Shown here: piece after piece, positions 18,517-27,504 of the stretch
How positions within the stretch are numbered: the stretch's first letter is position 1
Layout of the letters: each line of letters opens with the position of its first letter
Origin: Microcoleaceae cyanobacterium
GTDB taxonomy: Bacteria; Cyanobacteriota; Cyanobacteriia; Cyanobacteriales; Microcoleaceae
Length of the DNA stretch: 31,337 nucleotides
Assembly: GCA_051652765.1 (NCBI GenBank)
Contig: JBOFUV010000129.1
Coordinates: forward strand, 1-31,337
Reading direction: 5' to 3'
The notes under the pieces: model-generated
What the model was told of the DNA's origin: nothing
What the model saw: the letters and a program-made list of their open reading frames with translations, nothing else
Database searches by the model: none
Made by a program: the position numbers and the translations under genes

Positions 18517-19908
18517 TTACCTTATTTTTCTGAATAGAAAGATTCCATCTTGCTGATAAAGTAAGTTAAATTGAGGCATGGCCTTTAACTGATGGATTAA
18601 GTTCATGACAAACTCTGGAGAACTTGCCCATCCCGGATAGGAACTGTTTAATAGCACGTATTCAAATTGAGTTAAGTGTGTCAATTTTGTCTCTTGAGTT
18701 GCCAACATTACAATAGAACGATGCGTTACATGAGGTGCGATCTGATCAGCAGTTAAAACACTACCGGGAGTACTGACTAGAGTAATCGCTGCTCGTGTTG
18801 CTGAAACAGTGTCGAAATGCTTAAGATATCTCGACCAAAAATAACCATACTTGGCCAAAGCAAAAAAAGCAATTAATGACCAAAGTATTATTTTTCGAGG
18901 GCTTCGGAACCATCCTTCTCCTGCTGCCAGGGCTGAAATAACAGCGAGTAAGAGAAATGGCAAAATTGGCAAAGAGTATTGCTGAGTTAGGTTTTTCTGA
19001 GATTGGCTATCACTGAGGAGATTAAGAACTAATGTTGGGATTGTACAAATGAGGGGCATTAGATGACGGGGAAATAGACCCCAAATCACAGGACAAACTA
19101 ACAATAAAATGTATTCTAGATTGGGGAGAGTGAAGAGTTGATGGAGTACAATTCCCGGCCTTAGAAAGAGATTGGTTGAAATTTCTAACACAGAATTTCC
19201 CAGGGCATCATAATGTCTGACCGCATGGGGAATTTCTCCACTAAAGTGTGGAATAATGACAAACGTTGCGATTAGAAACCAAGTGCAGCCTAAGGTGATC
19301 GCAATTAGCCCACAGACTTGTTTGTGTTCAAACCAAAACAACCAGCATCCCAGAGCTACAACTGTTAGCGCTAAAACTGCCTTGCATCCTAAAATGACTA
19401 AAATTACCAGGGTAAATCCAATAACTTGATTTAAACGAGCTGTCAAAACTGCAACTAAAAATAGTGGGAGAGCAATCACTTCTGGGTGAAAGTCAAATAG
19501 GTTAAGATTAAAAATCAAAGGATAGAGTAAATAAACTCCAGCCATTGCGAGTGCTTGAGAAGGTTTTAGTCCTGCCTCTAGAGCCAGTAACCCGGTAGGC
19601 CATGCTCCAATTGCCAAGGAGATTGCTTGAATTCCAAAGAGCCAGTAAACACTAGGATGAAGTTTGTAAAGTAGCGCGATTGGATAAAGTATCCAAGCCG
19701 CATGATCCCCAAAGATATGAAGTCCTCGAAAGCTAACAAAGGGTTCTTTGCCCTGGCTAATTAAGTAAATACCATTATCAAAGATTCCTAAATCAAAGGC
19801 ATTTGACTGGAATAGCTCGTGGCGTAGAGCACTACAAAAAAATAAAATGATGCTGCCAATAGCAACCATTAAAAAAACAGGGCTAATTTTATTAGAAACT
19901 CGAATCAT
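18517..19908 (-). CDS. DUF2079 family membrane protein (predicted GT-C-fold glycosyltransferase)
   Basis: RH-x-FQSNAFDLGIFDN, HIFGDH, NLFDFHPEVIA, LGCK, QYSLPILP motifs; multi-TM. Confidence 0.85.
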   Translation of the reverse strand: MIRVSNKISPVFLMVAIGSIILFFCSALRHELFQSNAFDLGIFDNGIYLISQGKEPFVSFRGLHIFGDHAAWILYPIALLYKLHPSVYWLFGIQAISLAIGAWPTGLLALEAGLKPSQALAMAGVYLLYPLIFNLNLFDFHPEVIALPLFLVAVLTARLNQVIGFTLVILVILGCKAVLALTVVALGCWLFWFEHKQVCGLIAITLGCTWFLIATFVIIPHFSGEIPHAVRHYDALGNSVLEISTNLFLRPGIVLHQLFTLPNLEYILLLVCPVIWGLFPRHLMPLICTIPTLVLNLLSDSQSQKNLTQQYSLPILPFLLLAVISALAAGEGWFRSPRKIILWSLIAFFALAKYGYFWSRYLKHFDTVSATRAAITLVSTPGSVLTADQIAPHVTHRSIVMLATQETKLTHLTQFEYVLLNSSYPGWASSPEFVMNLIHQLKAMPQFNLLYQQDGIFLFRKIR

Positions 19909-19930
19909 ATTCAGGAAGCAGAAGGGTAAC

Positions 19931-20090
19931 TATAGTAATCTCAAATGATTTGTGAGAAGGGAGTGGAGGGGTGTTGCTCCCTTCTTGAAGGCGAAGTCCC
20001 TACCCCTCTCTGAGAGATCTGTGGTGTCGGCTTCTAGCCTATGCAGGCAGATGCCCACTCCAAGTTCACGAGTCCAGTCAGATCGCTCTA
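19931..20090 (+). mobile_element. Composite MITE-like repeat, copy B (TIR + GGCGAAG module + REP-doublet module + TIR)
   Basis: Starts TATAGTAATCTCAAATGATTTGTGAGA; 19968-20010 matches A and C; 20011-20085 is an imperfect reverse complement of 18403-18478. Confidence 0.65.
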
Positions 20091-20250
20091 TCTTACAGTG
20101 TTCTAGTTTTCGCACAAAGGAGGGGTTTGGGAATGAAGTCCTCAATCTCTCCGTCATTTGAGATGGGTTTGTCAGAAAATCTAGGGACACGCGCTAGAAT
20201 GCAGGGTTATTGCCAGACGATAGCCGCAGGAGTCTAAAACAACCGTTACG

Positions 20251-22185
20251 ATGACAAAACCAAAGTGGGCGAGCACCCTGAGGAAAGGATGGGCTACTTT
20301 TGAACACTATCCAAGCACAACTGGGCTGATTTCAGGAGTCGGGCTCTTGCTGATTTGTGGGTTGGGATTTCTATGGGATCTGGGCAGCACTGGATTAATT
20401 GACGAAACAGAACCGCTTTTTGCCGAAGCCGCTCGTCAGATGACTCTAACTTGGGACTGGGTGACCCCTTACTTTAACGGCGAGACTCGGTTTGATAAAC
20501 CTCCGCTTGTCTATTGGCTCATGGCGATAGGGTATCTGCTGATCGGGGTAAATTCATGGGCTGTCCGTCTCCCTTCCGCTTTGGGAGCGATCGCTTTGAC
20601 CCTGGGCTGTTTCTTGGCGTTAAAACAGTTTGGGGGAGACCGGAAATCTGTCCAATCTCAGCGTCAATCTTGGATCTCAGCCTGGTTAGGAGCAGCGCTG
20701 GTGACATTCAGCCCTCAAACCCTGGCCTGGGCGCGACAGGGGGTTTCGGATATGGTGCTCAGTGGTTGTCTGGGAACTGGGTTGCTATGTTTTTTCTGGG
20801 GATATGTGAGGGAAAGTCGGCGGCAAGGCAAACCGGAGGATTGGGTTCAGAAGTGGCCGATGTTCCAGCAAGCCCTGCCCAATTGGGGATACTTGGGATT
20901 TTACGGACTAACTGCGCTGGCGGTACTTGCGAAAGGGCCTGTGGGTCTAGTGTTAGCCGGACTGATTCTAGGCAGTTTTCTCCTGTATGTTGGAAAGTTT
21001 TGGGAAGTGATTCGGGAAATGAGAGTCCTCACAGGAGGAATGATTTTTCTAACCATGACCTTCCCTTGGTATGTGTTTGTGATTCTTAGAAATGGTCAGG
21101 CTTATATTGACTCTTTTTTCGGGTATCACAATCTTGAACGGTTTACCCGTGTAGTTAATGAACATTCTGCACCCTGGTATTTTTATATCTTGGTTGTGCT
21201 GATTGGATTTTTTCCAGGGTCAGCCTATTTACCTTTGAGTATCATTCATTTAAAGCTGAATCAATATTCGCTCTGGCGTTCCCAGGATCGTTCAGAACAT
21301 TTGAGAATCTTTGCCTTTTTTTGGTTTATTTGTATCTTTGGATTTTTCTCAATTTCTGTGACTAAATTGCCCAGTTATGTATTACCTTTGATGCCTGCTG
21401 CTGCTATTTTAGTTGCTTTAGCCTGGAGTAAATTCTGGGTTGATTCACCTCCCTTAACATCAGATTCTCAACTAAACTTGGGGTTCAGTCAGGGAGATCA
21501 AGCTGGGTTTTGGCTCAGTGGTTTGTTTAACATTCTACTGCTCACGGTATTGGCAATGGTTTGTTTCTGGAGTCCTAATTTAGTAGGGACTGATCCTGCC
21601 GTTGTCGATTTTCCGAAAGTGATTCAACAATCTGGATTGCCAATCCGGGGAGGAACGATTTGGTTGGGAACTGCGGTTATTGTTTCAGGTTTGCTACACC
21701 GAAAAAGACGATGGCGTTGGATCATTGTTGCCAATCTTTTGGGATTTATACTGTTCTTGATCAGTGTTATTCATCCGGCATTGTTCCTGATTGATACAGT
21801 GCGTCAACTTCCCTTGAGAGAGCTTTCTACCCAAGTTGCTCAGGTTGAATATCCCGGTGAAGATCTGCTGATGATTGGGTTCAGAAAACCCAGTGTTGCT
21901 TTCTATAGTCAGCGTCAGGTTCAGTTCTTCGATGTGAGGAGTTTCTTTAAAGTTGAGCCCGGTCGCCCGCTTTACTATCTCTATGATTCTATTCAAAATC
22001 GACCTCAACCCACAACTATTCTGGCGATTTCTCGACCCAAAGACCTCAGTAAAATCGGGTTGCAACCCCAGGATTATCAAGTGATCAATCAGCAAGGTCG
22101 CTATCAATTAATCCGAGTGGAAAAGCAAGTCATGATTGATCGCGTACGGAACTTTTCACCCAAACTGATCGAACCGATGGAGTAA
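20251..22185 (+). CDS. ArnT/PMT-family (GT83-like) membrane glycosyltransferase
   Basis: LIDETEPLFAEAARQM, PYFNGETRFDKPPLVYW, AVRLPSA, LAKGPVG, HNLERF, TKLPSYVLP. Confidence 0.92.
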   Translation: MTKPKWASTLRKGWATFEHYPSTTGLISGVGLLLICGLGFLWDLGSTGLIDETEPLFAEAARQMTLTWDWVTPYFNGETRFDKPPLVYWLMAIGYLLIGVNSWAVRLPSALGAIALTLGCFLALKQFGGDRKSVQSQRQSWISAWLGAALVTFSPQTLAWARQGVSDMVLSGCLGTGLLCFFWGYVRESRRQGKPEDWVQKWPMFQQALPNWGYLGFYGLTALAVLAKGPVGLVLAGLILGSFLLYVGKFWEVIREMRVLTGGMIFLTMTFPWYVFVILRNGQAYIDSFFGYHNLERFTRVVNEHSAPWYFYILVVLIGFFPGSAYLPLSIIHLKLNQYSLWRSQDRSEHLRIFAFFWFICIFGFFSISVTKLPSYVLPLMPAAAILVALAWSKFWVDSPPLTSDSQLNLGFSQGDQAGFWLSGLFNILLLTVLAMVCFWSPNLVGTDPAVVDFPKVIQQSGLPIRGGTIWLGTAVIVSGLLHRKRRWRWIIVANLLGFILFLISVIHPALFLIDTVRQLPLRELSTQVAQVEYPGEDLLMIGFRKPSVAFYSQRQVQFFDVRSFFKVEPGRPLYYLYDSIQNRPQPTTILAISRPKDLSKIGLQPQDYQVINQQGRYQLIRVEKQVMIDRVRNFSPKLIEPME

Positions 22186-22196
22186 GATGCAAGGTT

Positions 22197-22760
22197 TTAC
22201 TCGATTTCTGGCCATAGCCGTTCCAGTTGCGATCGCCATGCTGCCAAGGTTTGATTGCGGGTTTCTGCTCCACCTGATAGCTCTCCCATCACCCCCTCAG
22301 CATAAAATCGTTCTAAGGTTTGCATGGTTTCTTCAACAGATTGTCCTTGACGTTTGGCAACCTGGATCACCTGGAGAATTCGCTGTTCAATTAAGTCACT
22401 ATAAAGCTCAGAAACTCCTTTCCGATGTAGCGCAATTAAATTAGAGATTGCCTGCAGAAAATCCGTACTGGTTAAACTCTCCATTGTGTGCTGAAACACT
22501 CCCCAGATAACTCCTTGATGGGTTGCATAACGGGCTTCTAAGGTGCGATCAAAATTTTCTTCCAGCAGCCGATCCAGAATTTCTTGAGCATCCTGGATTG
22601 GAGTAATCGGAACTAATATCCGCAACCAACTTTGGTCTTCTGAAAGCAATACTAAAAGCCGGAATTCGCTAGTTTCTACCTGCCAAGAGGTCAGATCAAC
22701 TTGAGTCATAGCTGAGTCAAATTGGTGTTTCAGCAAACGATGAATATCCGCAGGAATCAT
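22197..22760 (-). CDS. Conserved cyanobacterial protein with YbjN/type III chaperone (CesT)-like N-terminal domain
   Basis: SWQVE-FRLLVLLSEDQSWLRILVPI…LLEENFDRTLEARYA…WGVF, plus acidic C-terminal helical region. Confidence 0.7.
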   Translation of the reverse strand: MIPADIHRLLKHQFDSAMTQVDLTSWQVETSEFRLLVLLSEDQSWLRILVPITPIQDAQEILDRLLEENFDRTLEARYATHQGVIWGVFQHTMESLTSTDFLQAISNLIALHRKGVSELYSDLIEQRILQVIQVAKRQGQSVEETMQTLERFYAEGVMGELSGGAETRNQTLAAWRSQLERLWPEIE

Positions 22761-22918
22761 GGCAATCTTAATAACTGAGGGGTGGCAAGTTACAGCTTAT
22801 CAGGTTAACGTGACTCATGAGAATTGCTGACACGCTATCCTCGTCTTGACAAGCAAAACTGGGGTAGAGTAGTAGTTCTAAGAAGCAATACAACACTGTC
22901 TGAGCTGGGATTCAACAC

Positions 22919-24268
22919 ATGCTGTCTGATCTGAATCTTCATCTTCGTAAAGTCAAGCGTTTTCTCTACAGGAATCTGGCAACTCAAACTAGAAAGCCTG
23001 CCCCCAAGCGCTATCGAGTTTCGAGACCTAGAACTCAGAAATTTGCCCGGTTTGTCTTTGACCGTCTAAGTCTAGTGCAGTTCAGAGCCCAACATTCTTT
23101 TCCACGGTTAAGATTCAAACAGTTAAAATTCAAACAGTTAAAATTCAAACAGTTAAAATTCAAACGGATTTTTCTGGTAGGGGCAATGGCGTTAACAGCA
23201 GGTTGGGCAATAGCGAGCTTGATTGGCGCGGTACTGCCAGATCGTCAGCAAGCCAAGGAGACAAATTTTATTCCTCCCTTGTCCAATTCCGAACCAGAGA
23301 CAGTGTCTGGGTTTGGATACAACGTTAGACGACAGCCTGACTGGGCTGATAGTGAAACGTTACAGACGATTGTGAATGGAGCCGTTGACCTTGCCAAGCA
23401 ACAAGGTCTACCCACCAGTAAGCTATCCATTACATTAGTCGATGTCAGCCAGCCGAAAGCCCATACCTATGCGGGGCACAACAATAAAGTTCTGAGATAT
23501 CCAGCCAGTGTTGCCAAGTTGTTCTGGCTAGTCGAATTTATGGCTGCAATTGAATCGGGAGAAGTGAGTGATGAATCTGCCTTCTATGTGGATTTGTCTA
23601 ACATGATGCGAATCTCCGATAACGATTCAGCTAGTCGTGTAGTCGATGCAATTACAGATACCGAATCAGGCGATCCCCTTGAAGGCAAGGCGTTAGAAAC
23701 TTGGGTAAGTAAGCGCAGCCAAATCAATCAATTTTTTCAAACCGCAGGCTACGACGAGATTCGCCTGAGCACAAAAAACTATCCGACTGCCCGTCTAGGC
23801 CCAACTCCAACGGGTCGAGATCTACAACTTTGGAAAGAGTCTGATGAATCAGGCGGCAACCAGATGACCACGGATCAGGCAGCGCGGTTGCTGTATGAAA
23901 TTTATACCAAGCAAGCGATTTCTCCCCTCGCCTCAACCAAGATGGCTTATCTACTGACCCGAAGCCTCAAACCAGAAGCTTGGCAAAACAACGAACTCAA
24001 TTCTGTAGAAGGCTTTTTGGGTGAGTCCCTGCCCCCTGAACTTTACTTTGGATCTAAAGTTGGTTACACCAGTCGCTCTCGCCAAGAGGTTGCCTTGATC
24101 AAAACAGTGAATCATCAGACGACCTACATCCTAGCCGTTTTTGGCACTGACCCAACCTATGCTGAAAACGAAGAAATCTTCCCCCAGATGTCTCGCTATG
24201 TCTTTGAGCGTTTGAGTGGTGCTGTCCCGATTGATCCCCCTCAAACCCAGCCCAAACGTCGCAATTAA
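22919..24268 (+). CDS. Membrane-anchored serine hydrolase, class A beta-lactamase-like
   Basis: SxxK (YPASVAKL), SDN and KxG (SKVG) motifs; one TM helix after a basic N-terminus; start uncertain. Confidence 0.85.
   Translation: MLSDLNLHLRKVKRFLYRNLATQTRKPAPKRYRVSRPRTQKFARFVFDRLSLVQFRAQHSFPRLRFKQLKFKQLKFKQLKFKRIFLVGAMALTAGWAIASLIGAVLPDRQQAKETNFIPPLSNSEPETVSGFGYNVRRQPDWADSETLQTIVNGAVDLAKQQGLPTSKLSITLVDVSQPKAHTYAGHNNKVLRYPASVAKLFWLVEFMAAIESGEVSDESAFYVDLSNMMRISDNDSASRVVDAITDTESGDPLEGKALETWVSKRSQINQFFQTAGYDEIRLSTKNYPTARLGPTPTGRDLQLWKESDESGGNQMTTDQAARLLYEIYTKQAISPLASTKMAYLLTRSLKPEAWQNNELNSVEGFLGESLPPELYFGSKVGYTSRSRQEVALIKTVNHQTTYILAVFGTDPTYAENEEIFPQMSRYVFERLSGAVPIDPPQTQPKRRN
23108..23167 (+). repeat. 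In-frame 15-bp tandem repeat TTAAAATTCAAACAG x4 (LKFKQ)
   Basis: Read directly; two perfect units, first and last each differ by 1 nt. Confidence 0.92.
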
Positions 24269-24280
24269 CCAACCTCTGCC

Positions 24281-25699
24281 CTAGGTTCTGGACTTGCGAT
24301 CGCTGAGTTTTAGTAAAATTTCGCTGTGAACTTCATGGGTAATTGGATAAAAACAGGTCAAAACCATCCCAGCAATTAATGCCAAAGCCGGAAGTGGGGC
24401 GATCGCGATACGAATTGCAACCAGCGCTGAGTCTGGCTGAATCGGGGGCTGCTGTCCCGCAACACTTTCGACAAATCCTGCCAGTTGGAGCACTTGCCCC
24501 ACTAGGAACAATCCCAGAGCAAGGCCAATTTTTTGGAGAAACACCATGAAGGCATAGAAAATCCCCTCCCGACGCTGTCCTGTATTGAGTTCGTCGAGAT
24601 CAACCACATCCGGAATCATCGACCAAGGAATCAAGTAAGCGGTTGAGATCCCCGCTCCAGCAATCACCGCCAACAGATACATCAAACCAATCTGTCCCGG
24701 CTGTAAAAACGTCAGTCCGATCTGAGCAATCAACCAGAGCAGAGTTCCCATAAAGAACACTGCCCGCTTGCCATAATTCTGACTAATCCGACTCCAAGCA
24801 AACAACATCACAATCGCCGTTCCCTGAACTGCGATCGCCACGCCATAAAAATCAGTACTGGACAACTTCATCCAGTTTTGGACAAAGTAGGGGAGAATTG
24901 CCGCCGTTAGCTGTACCGCAATCCAGGAGAACAGATAAATCCCCACAACATAGAGAAATGGGCGGTTCTGGAACGCAATCCGCACCTGTTCCAGCACAGG
25001 GAGAGAAGCCGTCGAATCAGGAGAACGGGTAGCAAGACCCTGTAGGGTGCGTTTGCGAGTTCCCAGAACACACCAAAAGATCGGCAAGACTGAAATCACC
25101 GCACAAATCAACCCCAACACCCAATACTGCCGCCGGGGATCATCGGGGATTAGCACCGAGATCACCAAAGCCAAAATCAGTGACAGAATACTCCCACCAA
25201 TGGAAAACATAAACCGAAAACTGTTCAGGCTGGTACGTTCGTTGTAGTCCTGAGTCAGTTCTGGAGTCAGGGCAGTATAGGGTAAATTAACAACGGTATA
25301 AGCAATGTTAAACAGCACTGCAATAATGCTGTAATACCAAAACAGCACCCAGAGATTGGAACTGGGCACAATCCACTGCAAGAAAAAGAAAATCCCAAAG
25401 GGAATTGCCCCAAACACCATCCAGGGATAACGCCGCCCCCAAGGATGAACCGTGCGATCGCTCATCACCCCAATGATTGGATCGTTAACTGCGTCAGAAA
25501 TCTTCCCAACTAGATACACACTCCCCGCCAATCCCGCAGGCATCCCCGCCACATTCGTCAGAAAGACCAACAGGACAAAAGACAACAAGTTCGCTGTAAT
25601 TGCTGTTCCCAAATCCCCAGCCCCAAACGCCATCTTTGTCCAGAAGCTGAGTTTCTCGGGAGTTGGAGTGTTGCCTGAAGTGGGAGAAGAAGTTTCCAT
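24281..25699 (-). CDS. MFS glycoside-pentoside-hexuronide (MelB-like) cation symporter
   Basis: FGAGDLG, DAVNDPIIGVMSDRT-x3-GRRYPW, NLPYTALTPELT-x3-ERTSLNSFR, IPDVVDLDELNTGQRREGIFY. Confidence 0.92.
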   Translation of the reverse strand: METSSPTSGNTPTPEKLSFWTKMAFGAGDLGTAITANLLSFVLLVFLTNVAGMPAGLAGSVYLVGKISDAVNDPIIGVMSDRTVHPWGRRYPWMVFGAIPFGIFFFLQWIVPSSNLWVLFWYYSIIAVLFNIAYTVVNLPYTALTPELTQDYNERTSLNSFRFMFSIGGSILSLILALVISVLIPDDPRRQYWVLGLICAVISVLPIFWCVLGTRKRTLQGLATRSPDSTASLPVLEQVRIAFQNRPFLYVVGIYLFSWIAVQLTAAILPYFVQNWMKLSSTDFYGVAIAVQGTAIVMLFAWSRISQNYGKRAVFFMGTLLWLIAQIGLTFLQPGQIGLMYLLAVIAGAGISTAYLIPWSMIPDVVDLDELNTGQRREGIFYAFMVFLQKIGLALGLFLVGQVLQLAGFVESVAGQQPPIQPDSALVAIRIAIAPLPALALIAGMVLTCFYPITHEVHSEILLKLSDRKSRT

Positions 25700-25817
25700 A
25701 GGATTATAAAGAGGTCAGAGCATTAACCGAAAGCAGCCTGGGTAATGCCTACCTTACAGCAAATTGACTGGAAAAACGCTGAGCTGTTTTGGTCGGTGTT
25801 GAGCTGGCGAGACCCAA

Positions 25818-25860
25818 CACACCTTATCCCAACACCTTATCCCAACACCTTATCTCAACA
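25818..25860. repeat. 13-bp tandem repeat CACCTTATCCCAA x3 just past the nhaS3 stop
   Basis: Units at 25820, 25833 and 25846 (one variant). Confidence 0.9.
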
Positions 25861-25865
25861 AACGA

Positions 25866-27284
25866 CTAGGCCAGGGCTTCCGGTTCGGGTTCACCCGTCT
25901 CTTCATCTCCGAATACAACCCGCAACAAGGGAGGTGCCACGAAAGTTGTGACAATCACCATCAAGATAATAGCCACATCCAACGCTTCAGAAAGAGCACC
26001 ACTGGCGGTTCCCACGGCTGCAAAGACTAAACCCACTTCGCCCCGAGGGATCATGCCAACGCCAATCGCCAATCGATTCAGGGGCATATTGCCAAAGGCA
26101 CCCCAACCTGCAACCACCTTGCCCAATATCGCAATAACAATCAGGAAAGAGGCAATGACTAACCCTTCCCGATTAGCAGGAACGGCTGGGTTGAGTACGC
26201 TGAGATTGGTTTTTGCCCCCACCGTGACAAAGAAAATAGGGACTAATACATCGACGATCGGCTGAATCAATTCGTCTAATTTTTTCTCCTCAATTGTGGA
26301 TTCATCCAGCACCAAGCCTGCCGCAAAGGCTCCTAGAATCGCCTCTAGATGGATTGCTGCACCGATATAGGCCAAAAAGAGGGCAAGGCACAACGCGGGA
26401 ATAACAACTCGGCCTCGCGTTTTGAACTGTTCTGCCAGGGCATTGAAGCCGCTGTTGAAAAAACGACCGAGTAAGATTGCCCCAACCAGAAACACAGTGG
26501 CACTAACAATTAAATAAATCACATTGACGATATCGACTTCCCCAGTTTTAGCCAGACTAGCAACAACTGCCAGAACAATAATCCCTAGAACGTCATCAAT
26601 GACCGCCGCGCCCAAGATGATTTGGCCTTCCTTTGAAGATAACCGCCCAATTTCTGCCAGAACCCGAGAGGTAATGCCAATGCTCGTTGCTGTTAATGCT
26701 GCTCCAGCAAAAATGGCAGGGATGGCTGAAACATGAAAAACTGCCATCAAGCCTAATGTTCCGGCGGCAAAGGGCACAACAACTCCCACCAGCGCCACCA
26801 CCAGAGACTGGAAACCGACTTCAATTAACTGCTTGATGTTGGACTCAAGGCCAATTTCAAACAGGAGAATAATCACTCCCAACTCAGATAAGATTTCCAA
26901 CACTTCACCCAGAACCTCGAACGTTCCTTGGGCTGCTGCTGGATCTAAACCTGCTGTGGCTTGTAGAATCCCCATCACCACGGAATCAGTTGCAGTTGCT
27001 CCCCCCTCGGGAAATACAACCAAATGCAGCGCGGAGATCCCAATCACAACTCCGCCTAGTAATTCCCCCAGCACTGGGGGAAACCCTAACCTGTTAAAGA
27101 ATTCTCCCCCGACTTTGCTTGCGATAAAAATAGCTAACAAGCTCAGCAATACCCCGGCAAGCACCATCCCACTCGCAACTTCAGGGGTCGCCTCAGTTGC
27201 CATTGCCAGCAATGGAAAAATGCTTGTCCCTGAAGCCAAACTGGTTAAGTCAAACGAAACGAGTCCAATCATCCAATTCATCAT
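25866..27284 (-). CDS. nhaS3: CPA2-family Na+/H+ antiporter, NhaS3/NapA type
   Basis: LAGVLLSL…PPVLGEL, FPEGG insert, ELGVIILLFEIGLES, ATSIGIT, AAVIDDVLG, GMIPRGEVG. Confidence 0.9.
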   Translation of the reverse strand: MMNWMIGLVSFDLTSLASGTSIFPLLAMATEATPEVASGMVLAGVLLSLLAIFIASKVGGEFFNRLGFPPVLGELLGGVVIGISALHLVVFPEGGATATDSVVMGILQATAGLDPAAAQGTFEVLGEVLEILSELGVIILLFEIGLESNIKQLIEVGFQSLVVALVGVVVPFAAGTLGLMAVFHVSAIPAIFAGAALTATSIGITSRVLAEIGRLSSKEGQIILGAAVIDDVLGIIVLAVVASLAKTGEVDIVNVIYLIVSATVFLVGAILLGRFFNSGFNALAEQFKTRGRVVIPALCLALFLAYIGAAIHLEAILGAFAAGLVLDESTIEEKKLDELIQPIVDVLVPIFFVTVGAKTNLSVLNPAVPANREGLVIASFLIVIAILGKVVAGWGAFGNMPLNRLAIGVGMIPRGEVGLVFAAVGTASGALSEALDVAIILMVIVTTFVAPPLLRVVFGDEETGEPEPEALA

Positions 27285-27504
27285 CTAGTTAATTATCCAC
27301 GCTATAGAACTCACCTCACCTACTCTATCGAACGTTATAAAAAGTTGTCTATGCTGTCGGTGCTATCGTCTCCTTGGTTTGGGAGCGGAGAATTGATGCA
27401 AATGAAAAAGCGTAACAAAGCGTTAAATTGTGGGTGTGCCTCTCAGTGATACCCTGTTTAAAAAGCATTAAATTCATCACTAATCTAAGAGTACCTTTGT
27501 TAAA

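Noticed and set aside
20514..21089. 191-aa alternative-frame ORF in the ArnT-like gene, and the many antisense ORFs over ClC, bestrophin, NTT-HEAT, nhaS3, hemE and thrS
   Set aside because: Fully overlap confident genes and show no recognisable motifs; expected shadow ORFs
22846..22875. Promoter with TTGACA upstream of the serine hydrolase
   Set aside because: No good -10 hexamer at 16-18 bp spacing
27412..27425. NtcA-like site upstream of hemE (GTAACAAAGCGTTA)
   Set aside because: Right half-site is TTA rather than TAC; insufficient support
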